Assembly: GCA_963809895.1 (NCBI GenBank)
Contig: CAWELD010000003.1
Span: forward strand, 3,232,001-3,296,000
Direction of reading: 5' to 3'
Length of the DNA: 64,000 nt
DNA from: an uncultured Gemmatimonadales bacterium
GTDB lineage: Bacteria > Gemmatimonadota > Gemmatimonadetes > Longimicrobiales > Gaopeijiaceae
Shown here: in pieces, positions 8,657 to 18,898 of the stretch
Position numbering within the stretch: position 1 is the stretch's first letter
How the letters are laid out: each line of letters starts with the position of its first letter
Program-made: the position numbers and the translations under genes
The notes under the pieces: generated by a model
Databases searched by the model: none
What the model was told of the DNA's origin: nothing
The model's input: only the letters and a program-made list of their open reading frames with translations

Positions 8657-9826
8657 ATGACCGCCCCGAACCAGATCGTGCTGCTGATCGCGCTCGGCTC
8701 CGTGTGCGCGACGCCCGCCATCGCTCAGCAATCCACCGGAGAGAGGGCGAGAGATCTCGGCATTCCGCTCAATGGGACGCCCGGGTCACACAACGCCATT
8801 ACGGATGTGCCCGGCGTTGAGGTCGGCTATTCGACCGTTGTCAAAGGAACGGGCGCCTGGCGAATCGGCGAAGGACCTATTCGGACAGGTGTGACGGTCG
8901 TTTTGCCACGAGGGAAGACGGAGGGCTCCTACAACGTCGGTCAATTCGTGTTCAATGGCGACGGCGAGATGACCGGCGTCCCGTACATCCAGGACTATGG
9001 CCGGGCTGGAGGCCCCATAGGCATTACCAACACCAACAGTGTCGGCGTTGTCAGGGATGCAATCGGGGAGTGGATGTACAGGAGGTTTGCTTCCAACGGT
9101 CCGATGGATTTCTCATTCGGCTTGCCCATCGTCGGCGAGACCTGGGACGGCGGACTCAACGACATCAATGGCCACCACGTCAAGCGGGAACACGTATTCG
9201 AGGCGATCGATGGCGCCGCGGGTGGGCCTATCGCCGAGGGCAATGTAGGTGGGGGGACGGGGATGACCTGCTATTGGTTCAAGTGCGGAACCGGCACGTC
9301 GTCCCGGGTGCTACGGATCGGCACGAGGGACTATACCGTTGGTGTGCTTGTGCAGGCGAACTTCGGCAGACGGGACGATCTCGTCATCGCCGGCGTACCG
9401 GTCGGGAAGGAGATCACCGACTTCGACATGGTGGGGGCACCGGAGCAGGACGGGTCCATCATCATCGTGATCGGGACCGACGCACCTCTGACTTCGTCAC
9501 AGTTGAATCTCGTTGCAAGACGGGCAACGCTAGGGATGGGGCGCACGGGAACAATCGGCGACAGCCGATCCGGCGATATCTTCCTCGCGTTCTCGACGAA
9601 TACCGGGCAATACGATGAGGCGACCGACATCATCTCGGCCGATCGGCTGTCCACAGCAGGACTCAGTCAGGTGTTTCGCGCTACCGTGGAGGCAACAGAA
9701 GAGGCAATCATCAACGCCCTCGTTGCTGCCAAGGACATGGAGGGAATCAACGGGAACAAGGCATTCGCGATTCCACACGACAGGTTGCGAGAAGTAATGA
9801 GGATGTACAACCGACTGACACCATAG
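8657..9826 (+). CDS. dmpA: P1 family (DmpA) L-aminopeptidase/D-esterase with signal peptide
   Basis: RARDLGI...NAITDVPGVEVG...EGNVGGGTGM...QANFG...DGSIIIVIGTDAPL (Gly-Ser autocleavage site)...SGDIFLAFST. Confidence 0.9.
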   Translation: MTAPNQIVLLIALGSVCATPAIAQQSTGERARDLGIPLNGTPGSHNAITDVPGVEVGYSTVVKGTGAWRIGEGPIRTGVTVVLPRGKTEGSYNVGQFVFNGDGEMTGVPYIQDYGRAGGPIGITNTNSVGVVRDAIGEWMYRRFASNGPMDFSFGLPIVGETWDGGLNDINGHHVKREHVFEAIDGAAGGPIAEGNVGGGTGMTCYWFKCGTGTSSRVLRIGTRDYTVGVLVQANFGRRDDLVIAGVPVGKEITDFDMVGAPEQDGSIIIVIGTDAPLTSSQLNLVARRATLGMGRTGTIGDSRSGDIFLAFSTNTGQYDEATDIISADRLSTAGLSQVFRATVEATEEAIINALVAAKDMEGINGNKAFAIPHDRLREVMRMYNRLTP

Positions 9827-9965
9827 GCCGCTGTTCGCCAGGCTATTGCCTCATCTCGGGCCTACTACTGCCCCTGGGGCTCGAGAGGTCGCGAAGGGAA
9901 GTGAGGGCCGCTTCGTAGATCCTAGATGTGGACCCCATAGCACAGCTTCCTGGAGCATCTCTTTG

Positions 9966-10433
9966 ATGCACCGCCCCGTGGACCCGGACTCGCCTCGACA
10001 CAATGATGAACAGACGTTGATCCGACGTGCCCTACGGCTGGGCGCCTGGCCTGTGGTAATCGCCCTGTTCATCACTCCGATTCGCTTCTTCCTCGAATTG
10101 GCAGGCGTCCCGACGGTCTACGTGTTCCTGCTCGGACTGCTCTGGTTGTCGTTGGGGCTCTCAATCTACTGGGGCTTCAGATTGTCCGCCGAACCCCATC
10201 CGTACCGGCTCCTTTGGTTGAGTCTCGCGTTCTTCTCACCCCCTTCCAGGTTTCCGGTGTTCCTGCTCTGGTGGATTACCACCACCTGGGGGCTTGGCAC
10301 CCACTACAACATCTTTGACAGCTGGGACCAAGCGCTCGTCGGGCAGCTCTTCTACGGGTCCCTACTCCAGATCATCCCCGGTGGCTTGCTGGGTTCACTG
10401 ACGCTCGCTATCAGACGGGCAAGAACTGCGTGA
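9966..10433 (+). CDS. Hypothetical membrane protein
   Basis: About four hydrophobic segments. Confidence 0.65.
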   Translation: MHRPVDPDSPRHNDEQTLIRRALRLGAWPVVIALFITPIRFFLELAGVPTVYVFLLGLLWLSLGLSIYWGFRLSAEPHPYRLLWLSLAFFSPPSRFPVFLLWWITTTWGLGTHYNIFDSWDQALVGQLFYGSLLQIIPGGLLGSLTLAIRRARTA

Positions 10434-10500
10434 GGCCGTCCTCATGCGTTACTTGACCAGGTGTATCCTATTGGCAATAGCCGGGCGGGTGCGGCCTCGG

Positions 10501-10575
10501 GTCACTCAGGCTTCCGGCTCCGCGCCGCTGAACGCGCGCTCTGTCCCAATTCGCTACGCGGAAATACGCCTCATG
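10501..10575 (+). repeat. Degenerate (dead) copy of attC site 2
   Basis: 10507-10549 matches 2621-2664 at 40/44 positions and also ends in GCCTCATG, but AAC has become CAC and GTT is lost. Confidence 0.7.
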
Positions 10576-10663
10576 GCGCGAAGTGGGTCGGGTCGCCACT
10601 TTCCCTTCCGTGAGGGTTCTTGACGATGAGGTCAGAAGCAACGGATGGGCAGAGTGGTAGGAC

Positions 10664-11392
10664 ATGACTCGGAATAGGTTTCGCTTTCTATCCCGCGGTA
10701 CGGCCACGATGGCCTTGACTGCGTTCTTGGGGTTGAGTCCTCGCTCGCTTTCCAGTCAGAACGCGGTGAGGGATTCGACCTGGACGGCGTTGATCCTTTA
10801 CAACCGAACTTTGGTGAGTTCGTTTGCCGCTGCGATGCGAGCTGTCCGCAGTGCTGATTCGCTCCTCGCGATCGCCGCTGGGAAAGACGTCCAAAGCCCC
10901 TCTGATTCCGTGGGGATGTGGGTGGCCCGAGTCGTAGAACCGCCATTGACCGACTTTCGCCCCTATAGCCGCTTCGTGAGCGACGACATTCTGAATGCGA
11001 TTGTCGACGACTCGCTCCTTCTCGCCGCCCGGACTCACCTCGTGAGGTCGTCCTCGGACATTGAGGCCAAGAATCGCCTTGTTCTCGATTATCTGAGCTC
11101 GTTCCAAGATTCGGGGATGTCCGCGCGCCTGGGGTGGCAGGGTACCACCCGAGACCCACGAGAACGGACCATCACGCGAGCGCAGATTGCAGAGGACCGG
11201 GAGTTCGTCAGGTTTGTTCGCGATCTCCGCGTGATTCTGTTGGATCTCGCTCGCACCGCAGGGAGTGCGGCGCGGGAAGGGGGGGGCGTTGGCGGCGGCC
11301 TTCGAACGAGCCTTCGGGCACAGACGGCACGGCGGGCGAGGCATTCATGCTCTACTTTGACGAGCGTACCGTCTCGAGGAAGTTCGACGTGA
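10664..11392 (+). CDS. Hypothetical secreted protein; 3' end probably disrupted
   Basis: Signal-like N-terminus; the tail overlaps the next gene fragment. Confidence 0.45.
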   Translation: MTRNRFRFLSRGTATMALTAFLGLSPRSLSSQNAVRDSTWTALILYNRTLVSSFAAAMRAVRSADSLLAIAAGKDVQSPSDSVGMWVARVVEPPLTDFRPYSRFVSDDILNAIVDDSLLLAARTHLVRSSSDIEAKNRLVLDYLSSFQDSGMSARLGWQGTTRDPRERTITRAQIAEDREFVRFVRDLRVILLDLARTAGSAAREGGGVGGGLRTSLRAQTARRARHSCSTLTSVPSRGSST

Positions 11393-11562
11393 ACCTGCGA
11401 GGCAACGTGCTGAAGTGGTGGCGTGATGATGCCGCATTCTCACAGCGCTTTGTGGGTACGATCAGCGAGGACGGCAACGCAATCGTCTGGAAAGGGGAGA
11501 TGTCGCGGGGCGGCTCACCCTGGGAAGACGACTTGGAGCTGACCTACACGAGGGTGCGTTGA
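11347..11562 (+). pseudogene. 3' fragment of a conserved hypothetical beta-rich protein
   Basis: MLYFDERTVSR...FSQRFVGTISEDG...WEDDLELTYTR. Confidence 0.5.
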
Positions 11563-11584
11563 GAGAAAGAGGCAGGCCAGCGGG

Positions 11585-11647
11585 AACGACCAGCTCGAAG
11601 CAGCGATCGAGTTCTACACCGCGACGTTTCCGAACTCCGAAGTACGC
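11585..11647 (+). pseudogene. Tiny remnant of a PhnB/VOC-family gene
   Basis: NDQLEAAIEFYTATFPNSEVR, with no start codon or continuation. Confidence 0.5.
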
Positions 11648-11750
11648 ACCGGCGCCCGCACCTGACGGGTCAGGGCTGGCCCTTGCATGCGCGGGCGCCG
11701 GTGAACCCGGGCGGTCCGTCTGAGAGCGGTTCCCAATGGAGGCAAGCAGG

Positions 11751-12255
11751 ATGCATCCGGCTGACGATCAGGTAGCGAAGGTCTTGCACTGGATCAGCGA
11801 TGTCTTCGCCCGGGCCGGCGCACAGTATCAAGTCGTAGGTGGACTCGCCGCGCGTGCGTATGGGGCGACTCGTCCTCTCGTCGACCTCGACTTCTACGTC
11901 TCGAGCTCGAGACATGCCCCGAGTATTGGTAACTGTGGGCGACTCCTGCGTGTGGGGGCCCGAGCACTTCAGGGACGAAAACTGGGATCTGACCTTCGCC
12001 AAGCTCGAGAAGAACGGTGTGCAGATTGAGGTGGCCGAAGCAGAAGGGGCTCGGTTCTACAGCCCGAGTGCCGGCCGATGGCTAGACCAGAACATCGCAT
12101 TCCATGACTCCGATAGGAGGGTGATTCTCGGAGTGGAGATGGAGGTCATGCCAAAGGATCAGCTCGTCGAGTACAAGAGAGCTTTGAATCGACCGGTGGA
12201 CCGATTGGACCTCAGCGAGATTCTTGGAATGAGGTTGAACGAGAGGCACGAGTAA
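11751..12255 (+). pseudogene. Nucleotidyltransferase-fold protein, frameshifted
   Basis: VVGGLAARAYGATRPLVDLDFYV (GG...DxD motif), continued in another frame. Confidence 0.7.
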
Positions 12256-12568
12256 GGCGGTCGGGGAGGATCCCCGTCCGTGAACTGGGGATTCATGATG
12301 ACAGCACAGGCTTCGGGATCGGGGTCGTCCTTTTCGCATGGGCTCCGACCGCCGCTCTCCGCGCACGTGTCCGAGAGCTGGAAAGCCGACTCGGTAGCTC
12401 GTGACAGGGGTCACCTGGCCGCTCGTGGCGGTCGCCTACCAAGCGATCGCCGGTCAGCCCACGGCTACTTGCAGCAACACAAATTCTGGCATACTACGTT
12501 GAGGCCACGCCGTCTGCCGCATCCGCGGCGGGTCCACGGACAAGCCAGAGAACCTCTACCACGCGCCG

Positions 12569-13319
12569 ATGGCCGCCGAGACCTCCCGCAGGCAGCGTTG
12601 GATCAAGCTCGGCCTCGAGTCCGCTGCCGTCTTGCTGAGCATCCTGACCGCGTTCGCGATCGACGCTGGCTGGGACCACCACACTGCCCGCCAGGATGAG
12701 CAGGCGGCGCTCGCCAGACTGCTCGACGAGTTCGAGGCCAACCAGGAAGAACTGGAGGCAGTCCGAGCGGGCCATCAGATCCTGCACGACAACGGGGTTC
12801 AACTTCTCCGGGTCGCGTACGGCCTCAGTCAGCCAGCGAGGAATCCCCCGAGCAACTTCGCCGTGTGCTCGGAATGTCGATCTACTTCGACCCGAGCATG
12901 GGGGCTCTGAACCGATTCCTTGCGAGCGACGAGACGGGAAACGTGGCCGGCCCCGAGCTTCTCGATCGGCTCGCGGGCTATCCCGCGAAGGTGGACGAGC
13001 TCTGGCAACAAGAACGGATGCTGCGGGAGATGATCGCTAGCTCATCGACCCCTTTGTCGTTCAATCCGCAGACCGACTCGTCCTCCTGCCCCCTGCCACG
13101 TCGTCGGAAGACCTGCAGAGCCTTCGAACTGAGGTGCCCCGTCAGGTAGACACCGAGATGCTCATGTCGCTCCTCGCGCAGCGCGAACTCCGCAACCTCA
13201 TCACGACACGGGTCATCCTCGAAGCACAATCGCTGATGAAATACGAGGTCGTGGCGGCCGAGTTCGACGCGATCTTGACCGAACTCCGCAGGATCGCGGG
13301 GACGGGTGAGCATCCCTAG
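12569..13319 (+). pseudogene. DUF6090-like anchored protein, frameshifted in three pieces
   Basis: LGLESAAVLLSILTAFAIDAGW; ORFs at 12569, 12865 and 13134. Confidence 0.65.
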
Positions 13320-13397
13320 ATCCTCCTCTCGCTCGGGAGCCTGCCAGATGGGGAATTCGCGACTGCGGACAGAAGTCTCAGCGCGCGGTAATCGTAG

Positions 13398-14129
13398 GTG
13401 GTGCATGCAAGCTCTCCTACAGAAAGTGACTCATGCGTGATTGGTCTGATCCTTCTGGCCGTGTCCTTCGTCCTGCTGCGGCTCGAAGGGAAGAGTCTCA
13501 GGTCTATCGGACTCGACAAGCCGGCCCAACGCTCCCGGGAGTTTCTGGTCGGGCTCCTCGCCGCCGCACTGGTGGTGGTCGTTCAGCAGCTGGGCCTCGC
13601 CATCTCAGTCGGAACGAGCTGGACCGTAAACCCGGCGTTTGATGCTTCGCTGGGACTCGAACTCCTCAGGCTGAACGTCAATTCAGTCCTGTTCGAGGAG
13701 CTCATGTTCCGCGGGTACCTCCTCCTTCTTGCGATCCGGTACCTGGGTACCCGCCGAGCGGTCGTGGCGGACGCCGTACTCTTCGGGATCTATCACTGGT
13801 TCAGCTACGGCGTAGTCGGCGACCCCGTCTCGATGTTCTTCGTCTTCATACTGACCGCGTCGGCTGGCATGATGTTCGCGACGGCGTTCGCGGCGACCGA
13901 ATCCGTCATTGCCCCGATCTCGCTGCACCTCGGATGGAATCTGACGAGCTACGGCGTGTTCTCTGGTGGCCCGTGGGGCCCGGGGCTGCTGCTCCCGTCT
14001 GATGGCTCGGTGCCATTGCAGGCGGATAGCGCGACGGGATTGCTTCTGAGCCTGGTCTTGCCGATCGGATTTGCGGTTGGCACGACACTGTTTCTGCGTC
14101 GCTTCGCGCTCCGTGGTCGACTACCTTGA
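13398..14129 (+). CDS. CPBP/Abi family intramembrane glutamic endopeptidase
   Basis: EELMFRG, FGIYHW and LHLGWN motifs. Confidence 0.88.
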   Translation: MVHASSPTESDSCVIGLILLAVSFVLLRLEGKSLRSIGLDKPAQRSREFLVGLLAAALVVVVQQLGLAISVGTSWTVNPAFDASLGLELLRLNVNSVLFEELMFRGYLLLLAIRYLGTRRAVVADAVLFGIYHWFSYGVVGDPVSMFFVFILTASAGMMFATAFAATESVIAPISLHLGWNLTSYGVFSGGPWGPGLLLPSDGSVPLQADSATGLLLSLVLPIGFAVGTTLFLRRFALRGRLP

Positions 14130-14185
14130 CCCCCGAAACGTGCATCGGCACCAGATCTTCCTCTCATTCGGGATCCCCGTAGACC

Positions 14186-14881
14186 GTGCGAGCCCCATCC
14201 CACTGGAAGCGAATTCTCGCGGAGTTCCTGGCGATCTTCGCTGGCGTCGTACTGGGCCTGTTGGCCGACGATTGGCGCGAGGCCCGGCAGGACAGGGAGC
14301 GGGAATCGTTCGCACTCCAGGAGATCCTCGCCGACCTGAAGGGAGATTCTGCGGAGCTGGCATCCTTCGATCGCCAGGCGAGAGACTGGAACTCGGCCGG
14401 GCTTTGGGTTGCGAAGCATCGTGGGGTATCCGTTCCCGCAGATTCGGTGGTCAACGCCATCCGTCCGGTCTACTTCACCTACGTGTATCGGCCTCAGCAC
14501 GCAGCGTATGTCGGGCTACGTGACGCAGGGGAGCTGGACCTCATCCGCGATCGAGCGTTGCGTCGCCAGTTGGTGGATTACTTCGAGACGCAACAGCCAT
14601 ACGCCGAATCCCTGTATCAACGAACGAACGAGATGTACTTCGACGCGGGAAAGGCCACCCGAGCGTACTTCAGATTGACCGTGACAGCGGATGCCCAGTC
14701 CCTGCGAGGCGACACGGGTCTGGAACTCCTGCGACCCTGGTTGGACGCGTCTCGAGACCAGGAGTTCACCGCAGCGGTGATCATGCTCGGGGTGGGCGGC
14801 GCGACGGTGGCACTCAGGCTCCCGGATGTGCGGAAGGCTAACGCTTCGCTGATGGCGGCGATTGCAGAACACATCCGGTGA
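14186..14881 (+). CDS. DUF6090-like anchored protein
   Basis: ILAEFLAIFAGVVLGLLADDW...YVGLRDAGELDLIRDRALR. Confidence 0.72.
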   Translation: MRAPSHWKRILAEFLAIFAGVVLGLLADDWREARQDRERESFALQEILADLKGDSAELASFDRQARDWNSAGLWVAKHRGVSVPADSVVNAIRPVYFTYVYRPQHAAYVGLRDAGELDLIRDRALRRQLVDYFETQQPYAESLYQRTNEMYFDAGKATRAYFRLTVTADAQSLRGDTGLELLRPWLDASRDQEFTAAVIMLGVGGATVALRLPDVRKANASLMAAIAEHIR

Positions 14882-14975
14882 TCATCGAGCGGAATGAGAG
14901 AGGGTGCGCTCAGGAACGGCACCGCCCGCGGATGATGTGAACGGCGCGGGGTACCGCGTACGAAGAGGAGGGGGT

Positions 14976-15506
14976 ATGGCCAGGCTCGTGTTCGGAATGA
15001 ATCAGTCGCTGGACGGCTACGTCGACCATACGGGCTTTGCACCGGGGCCGACGCTCTTCCGGCACTTCGTCGAAGAGGCTCAGGGACAGGCGGGCAGCGT
15101 GTACGGTCGCCGGATCTACGAGATCATGCGCTACTGGGACGACGATCATCCCGAATGGGATGCCGACGAATACGCCTTCGCGGAGGCGTGGCGGGACCAG
15201 CCGAAATGGGTCGTCTCGCGCACGTTGAAGTCCGTCGGCCCCAACGCCACGCTCATCGGGGACGACCTGGAGAGCGCGATTCGCAGGATCAAGGCCGAGC
15301 GCGATGGAGAGATCGAGGTCGCGGGTCCGGCCTTGGCGCACAGTCTCACCCAGCTCGGCTTGATCGACGAATACCGCATCTACCTGCACCCCGTCGTCCT
15401 CGGGCACGGCAAGCCGTATTTCGCCGGACCCCGGCCGCGCCTCCGCCTCGTGACCCATGATCGGATTGGCGAGGACGTGATCCGGCTGACCTACGTTCCT
15501 GCTTGA
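14976..15506 (+). CDS. Dihydrofolate reductase family (RibD C-terminal) protein
   Basis: MNQSLDGY...YGRRIYE...GLIDEYRIYLHPVVLGHGKPYF. Confidence 0.9.
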   Translation: MARLVFGMNQSLDGYVDHTGFAPGPTLFRHFVEEAQGQAGSVYGRRIYEIMRYWDDDHPEWDADEYAFAEAWRDQPKWVVSRTLKSVGPNATLIGDDLESAIRRIKAERDGEIEVAGPALAHSLTQLGLIDEYRIYLHPVVLGHGKPYFAGPRPRLRLVTHDRIGEDVIRLTYVPA

Positions 15507-15615
15507 TCGCATCGACCGAGGACACCCGGCATGGTCGCGGGGCACCAATCCCCCCGGATGCGCAGGTCGCACCTCGAGGCTACGATGGGGCGTCCTTCTG
15601 CCTGAACCCTGAGGG

Positions 15616-16221
15616 GTGTGCTTGGACCAATTCGAATACGTCATGGTCCTGGTGTCGATCATCATCGGCCTCGGGATCGCACACCAGCTTCTTGGTCTCG
15701 CTGGGGTCGTGGACCGCGTTGCCGGGGGCAAGAATCCGCTCGGTCTGAGCGTCGCCTACTTCTCCTGGCTCGGCGTCGTGTTCTTGTGGACCGTCACCTT
15801 CTGGTGGTGGGAATTCCGGTTCACCGAGTTCGTGACGGAATGGACGATCGGCCTGTACTTCTTCCTCGTGGTCTACGCCGTGGTGCTCTTCCTGCTGGCG
15901 GCGATTCTGGTTCCTCAGACCTGGGATGGAGTCGCCGAGCTCAATCAGTATTTCCTCGAGAGGAGGGCCTGGTTCTACTCCCTGCTGCTGCTGGCCAACA
16001 GCCTGGATATCCTCGACTCCTATTTGAAGGGGGGGATGGGAAATCTGATTGCGACACCTCCTGTGACCTATGCGATGTGGGGCTCGTTGGCGGTGGCCGG
16101 CGTCGTGGGACTGCGCGCCAAGTCCATCCGTGTACACAAGGTTCTGGGGCTGATGGTTCTCGCGTTGCAGGTCCTGTCGGCCTTCGAAGCGCTGCCGAAG
16201 CTCGGGCAGCTGAACGGTTAG
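15616..16221 (+). CDS. Hypothetical multi-pass membrane protein
   Basis: FEYVMVLVSIIIGLGI...FWWWEF; about six TM segments. Confidence 0.75.
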   Translation: MCLDQFEYVMVLVSIIIGLGIAHQLLGLAGVVDRVAGGKNPLGLSVAYFSWLGVVFLWTVTFWWWEFRFTEFVTEWTIGLYFFLVVYAVVLFLLAAILVPQTWDGVAELNQYFLERRAWFYSLLLLANSLDILDSYLKGGMGNLIATPPVTYAMWGSLAVAGVVGLRAKSIRVHKVLGLMVLALQVLSAFEALPKLGQLNG

Positions 16222-16261
16222 ATAGAGAAGCTTGTGTCCCCTTCCGGCTGTGGAGGAATCG

Positions 16262-16708
16262 ATGCGGCCCCGACATCACGTTACGCTGTTCACGGTTGCG
16301 GCCGTCTTGGGCCTGAGTCCCAGTCTCGTGGCCGGGCAGGCCCGCCGATACGTGGAACCGGTTATGGCGGGCGACACGGCCAGCCTTCCGTTCAGCGACG
16401 CCGTCCTGGTCGGCAACACGCTCTACGTCGGCGGTACGGTGGGCCGCCTGCGTCAACAGGTACCCGAGACCGCTGCCGAGGAGGCCCGCGCTCTCATGGA
16501 GTACTTGCAGGAGACCCTGGCGGACGCCGACATGACCATGGACGACCTGGTCATGGTGCAGGTGTTCTGCTCGGACTTATCCGCATATGCCGATTTCAAC
16601 CGGGTCTACCGCACATTCTTCACGAGAGAGGTTCCGCCACGAGCGTTCGTTGGGGCGGAACTCCTGGGTGGCCGGTTCGAGGTCACAGCCATCGCAGTGA
16701 AGCGGTGA
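16262..16708 (+). CDS. RidA/YjgF family protein with signal peptide
   Basis: PFSDAVLVGNTLYVGG...FNRVY..FF...PPRAFVG...EVTAIAV. Confidence 0.88.
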   Translation: MRPRHHVTLFTVAAVLGLSPSLVAGQARRYVEPVMAGDTASLPFSDAVLVGNTLYVGGTVGRLRQQVPETAAEEARALMEYLQETLADADMTMDDLVMVQVFCSDLSAYADFNRVYRTFFTREVPPRAFVGAELLGGRFEVTAIAVKR

Positions 16709-16821
16709 TGCCGGAGAGCCGGTCACGCCAGCGACCAGGGGTCGCGCGGCGGTTCCTGATGGTCTGTCCGGCACGTGTTCTCAGGCAGATCTCGCTGTGT
16801 TCGAACCTCCCCCGCCGCCTC

Positions 16822-17049
16822 ATGAACACGCGTCGACTCCATAGCCTCTGCTGCCTTCTCGCGTTGCTGGCCACGCCCGGCAGGACCATTGATCTATCCC
16901 TGGACGTGCACTGGGGCTCCTATCCCACCCCGGCTCTGGAGGGACCGGCGCCCCAGGACCCGGACCTGGAGGCCATCAGTCGTCAGATCGGACTCTCCTT
17001 GGGGGTGACGTGGGTGGTTTCTCTTGGAAGAGAGGAGGAAAACAGATGA
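16822..17049 (+). pseudogene. Remnant: signal peptide joined to C-terminal beta-strands
   Basis: MNTRRLHSLCCLLALLATPG directly followed by ...QIGLSLGVTW. Confidence 0.35.
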
Positions 17050-17699
17050 CACGGATTCGAGTCGAGAGCTTCACGATCTCCCTCGATGGATACGGGGCTG
17101 GTCCGAACCAGGACCTGGACCATCCACTCGGCGTGGGCGGGACGGAGCTGCACGAGTGGTTCCTGCCGACTCGCACCTTCCGCCGAGCGCACACCGGTGC
17201 CGAGGACGGTACCACGGGACTCGACGACGAGTTTGCTGCCCGGGGCTTCGAGAACATCGGCGCCTGGATCCTGGGCAGGAACATGTTCGGGCCGATCCGC
17301 GGGCCCTGGCCGGACTTGGATTGGAGAGGGTGGTGGGGTGACGATCCGCCCTATCACGTGCCGGTGTTCGTCCTGACCCACTACCCGCGGCCACCGATCG
17401 AGATGCAGGGCGGCACCACGTTCCAGTTCGTCACAGGGGGGATTCACGATGCGCTGGCCCTGGCGCGGGAAGCCGCCGCGGGCATGGACGTGCGCATCGG
17501 TGGCGGGTGCGATGTGATTCGACAGTATCTTCGCGCCGGCCTCATCGATGAGCTGCACATCGCCATCGCGCCGATCCTCCTCGGCAGCGGCGAGCGCCTC
17601 TTCGAGGACCTCGACATGCGGGCCCTGGGCTATCACTGCATCCGCTTCGCAGCGTCGGACAAGGCGACACACATGGTGCTGCGGCGCCAGGCGCCGTGA
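17046..17699 (+). CDS. Dihydrofolate reductase family protein
   Basis: FTISLDGYGAGP...ILGRNMFGP...GWWGDDPPYH...GLIDELHIAIAP. Confidence 0.9.
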   Translation: MTRIRVESFTISLDGYGAGPNQDLDHPLGVGGTELHEWFLPTRTFRRAHTGAEDGTTGLDDEFAARGFENIGAWILGRNMFGPIRGPWPDLDWRGWWGDDPPYHVPVFVLTHYPRPPIEMQGGTTFQFVTGGIHDALALAREAAAGMDVRIGGGCDVIRQYLRAGLIDELHIAIAPILLGSGERLFEDLDMRALGYHCIRFAASDKATHMVLRRQAP

Positions 17700-17824
17700 T
17701 CGGCGCGAATGAGTCGGAAGACAGCACTGCCCGCGAATTTGCCCGCCCAAGGTCCGCGTAGCAGAATCACTTGGCCAGACCCCGAGGCTCGTCGTTCCTC
17801 TGCCCCCCACTGACGCGCGCTGCC

Positions 17825-18319
17825 ATGACTGTCCTGGACTCGATGGGAACGCTGGCGGAGCTGTCCATCACCGTGGTCGGGTTCACGGGCGTCGTCATCG
17901 CGCTTCGAACCGGATCGAGGGAGCCGTTGCGAGAGGCGGTGATGAGCATGCTGTTCGGCTTTGGGTTCAGTGGAGTCGTGTGGGCGATGCTACCCCAGGT
18001 CCTTCTGGGCGCGGGGATCGACCAGACGCTGGTGTGGCGGGGCCTCAGCGCCGCCTTCGCCGCGACCATGATGTCGTTGGCGGTTCTTCGCCGCAGTCAG
18101 GCCCGTCGGCTCGGCGCATCGTGGAACCAGATCGGCGCGATCGTCCCGATTCTGTCCGCGTGTCAGTTCTGCGTGCTCGGCCTGAACATCTTCCTGGGCT
18201 CCGCATCGCTCTTCCTGACCGCGTTGCTCTCCAACCTCTCCATCGGTGTTCTGCTGTTCTGGCGGCTCATCCAGCCGAGCGACGGGCCGCTTCGCGGCGC
18301 CGGATCGGAATCCCCCTGA
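17825..18319 (+). CDS. Hypothetical membrane protein
   Basis: LAELSITVVGFTGVVIAL; multiple TM segments. Confidence 0.7.
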   Translation: MTVLDSMGTLAELSITVVGFTGVVIALRTGSREPLREAVMSMLFGFGFSGVVWAMLPQVLLGAGIDQTLVWRGLSAAFAATMMSLAVLRRSQARRLGASWNQIGAIVPILSACQFCVLGLNIFLGSASLFLTALLSNLSIGVLLFWRLIQPSDGPLRGAGSESP

Positions 18320-18395
18320 CCGGGCACGCAACGCGAGCCGGAGTTCGAGATGCGGTTGTGCCCTGACCGGCAGCGTATCCGGCAAGCGCAAAGCT

Positions 18396-18758
18396 CACGA
18401 GTTCACGGGACTGAAGGTGCGGCTCCAGACCTCAGACATCGCGGCAACGGTCTCCTTCTATCGCGACGTGCTGGGGCTCGACGTCGTGGATCAGTGGTCG
18501 GAAGAGGATGATGCCGGGGTCATCTTCGGGCTCGAAGGCGTGGACGGCCGGGCGTTTCTGGAATTCGGGCAAGTGAAATCCCCGGACAACGGTGCCGCGT
18601 CTGTCCAGCTTCGGATCGGAGATATGGCGAGCTTTGTCGCACGGCTGGGCGATGCCTGGGCGATCGACGGACCCCATGAGCGGCCCTGGGGCAGCGTCTA
18701 TAGCTACCTGCGCGACCCGAACGGCGTTCAGGTCATCGTGTACGCGGGGACGGTGTGA
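18396..18758 (+). CDS. VOC/glyoxalase family protein (start uncertain)
   Basis: DI.AT.SFYRDVLGL...ERPWGS..SYLRDPNG. Confidence 0.8.
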   Translation, partial: HEFTGLKVRLQTSDIAATVSFYRDVLGLDVVDQWSEEDDAGVIFGLEGVDGRAFLEFGQVKSPDNGAASVQLRIGDMASFVARLGDAWAIDGPHERPWGSVYSYLRDPNGVQVIVYAGTV

Positions 18759-18778
18759 GGCGATGGCTCGCGAGCCCA

Positions 18779-18898
18779 CCCTGGCGCAACCGACGGCAAT
18801 CAGCGTAACCTGCGAAGGGAAGATATGAACGGGGGATTGGCCCGTAGGTGGTGGGCGACCCAGCCTCCTGACGACGAAGAGGAGAATGAAGAGATGTC
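18779..18898 (+). repeat. Motif copy B within a 120-bp duplicated leader
   Basis: About 99/120 identical to 19884-20002 by manual alignment. Confidence 0.85.

Larger units (their letters stand above)
877..10575 (+). mobile_element. Integron-like gene cassette array without integrase in the window (CALIN-like), decaying to the right
   Basis: GTT...AAC R-box logic, attC-like hairpins, co-oriented unrelated genes and TA cassettes. The right boundary is uncertain. Confidence 0.65.
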
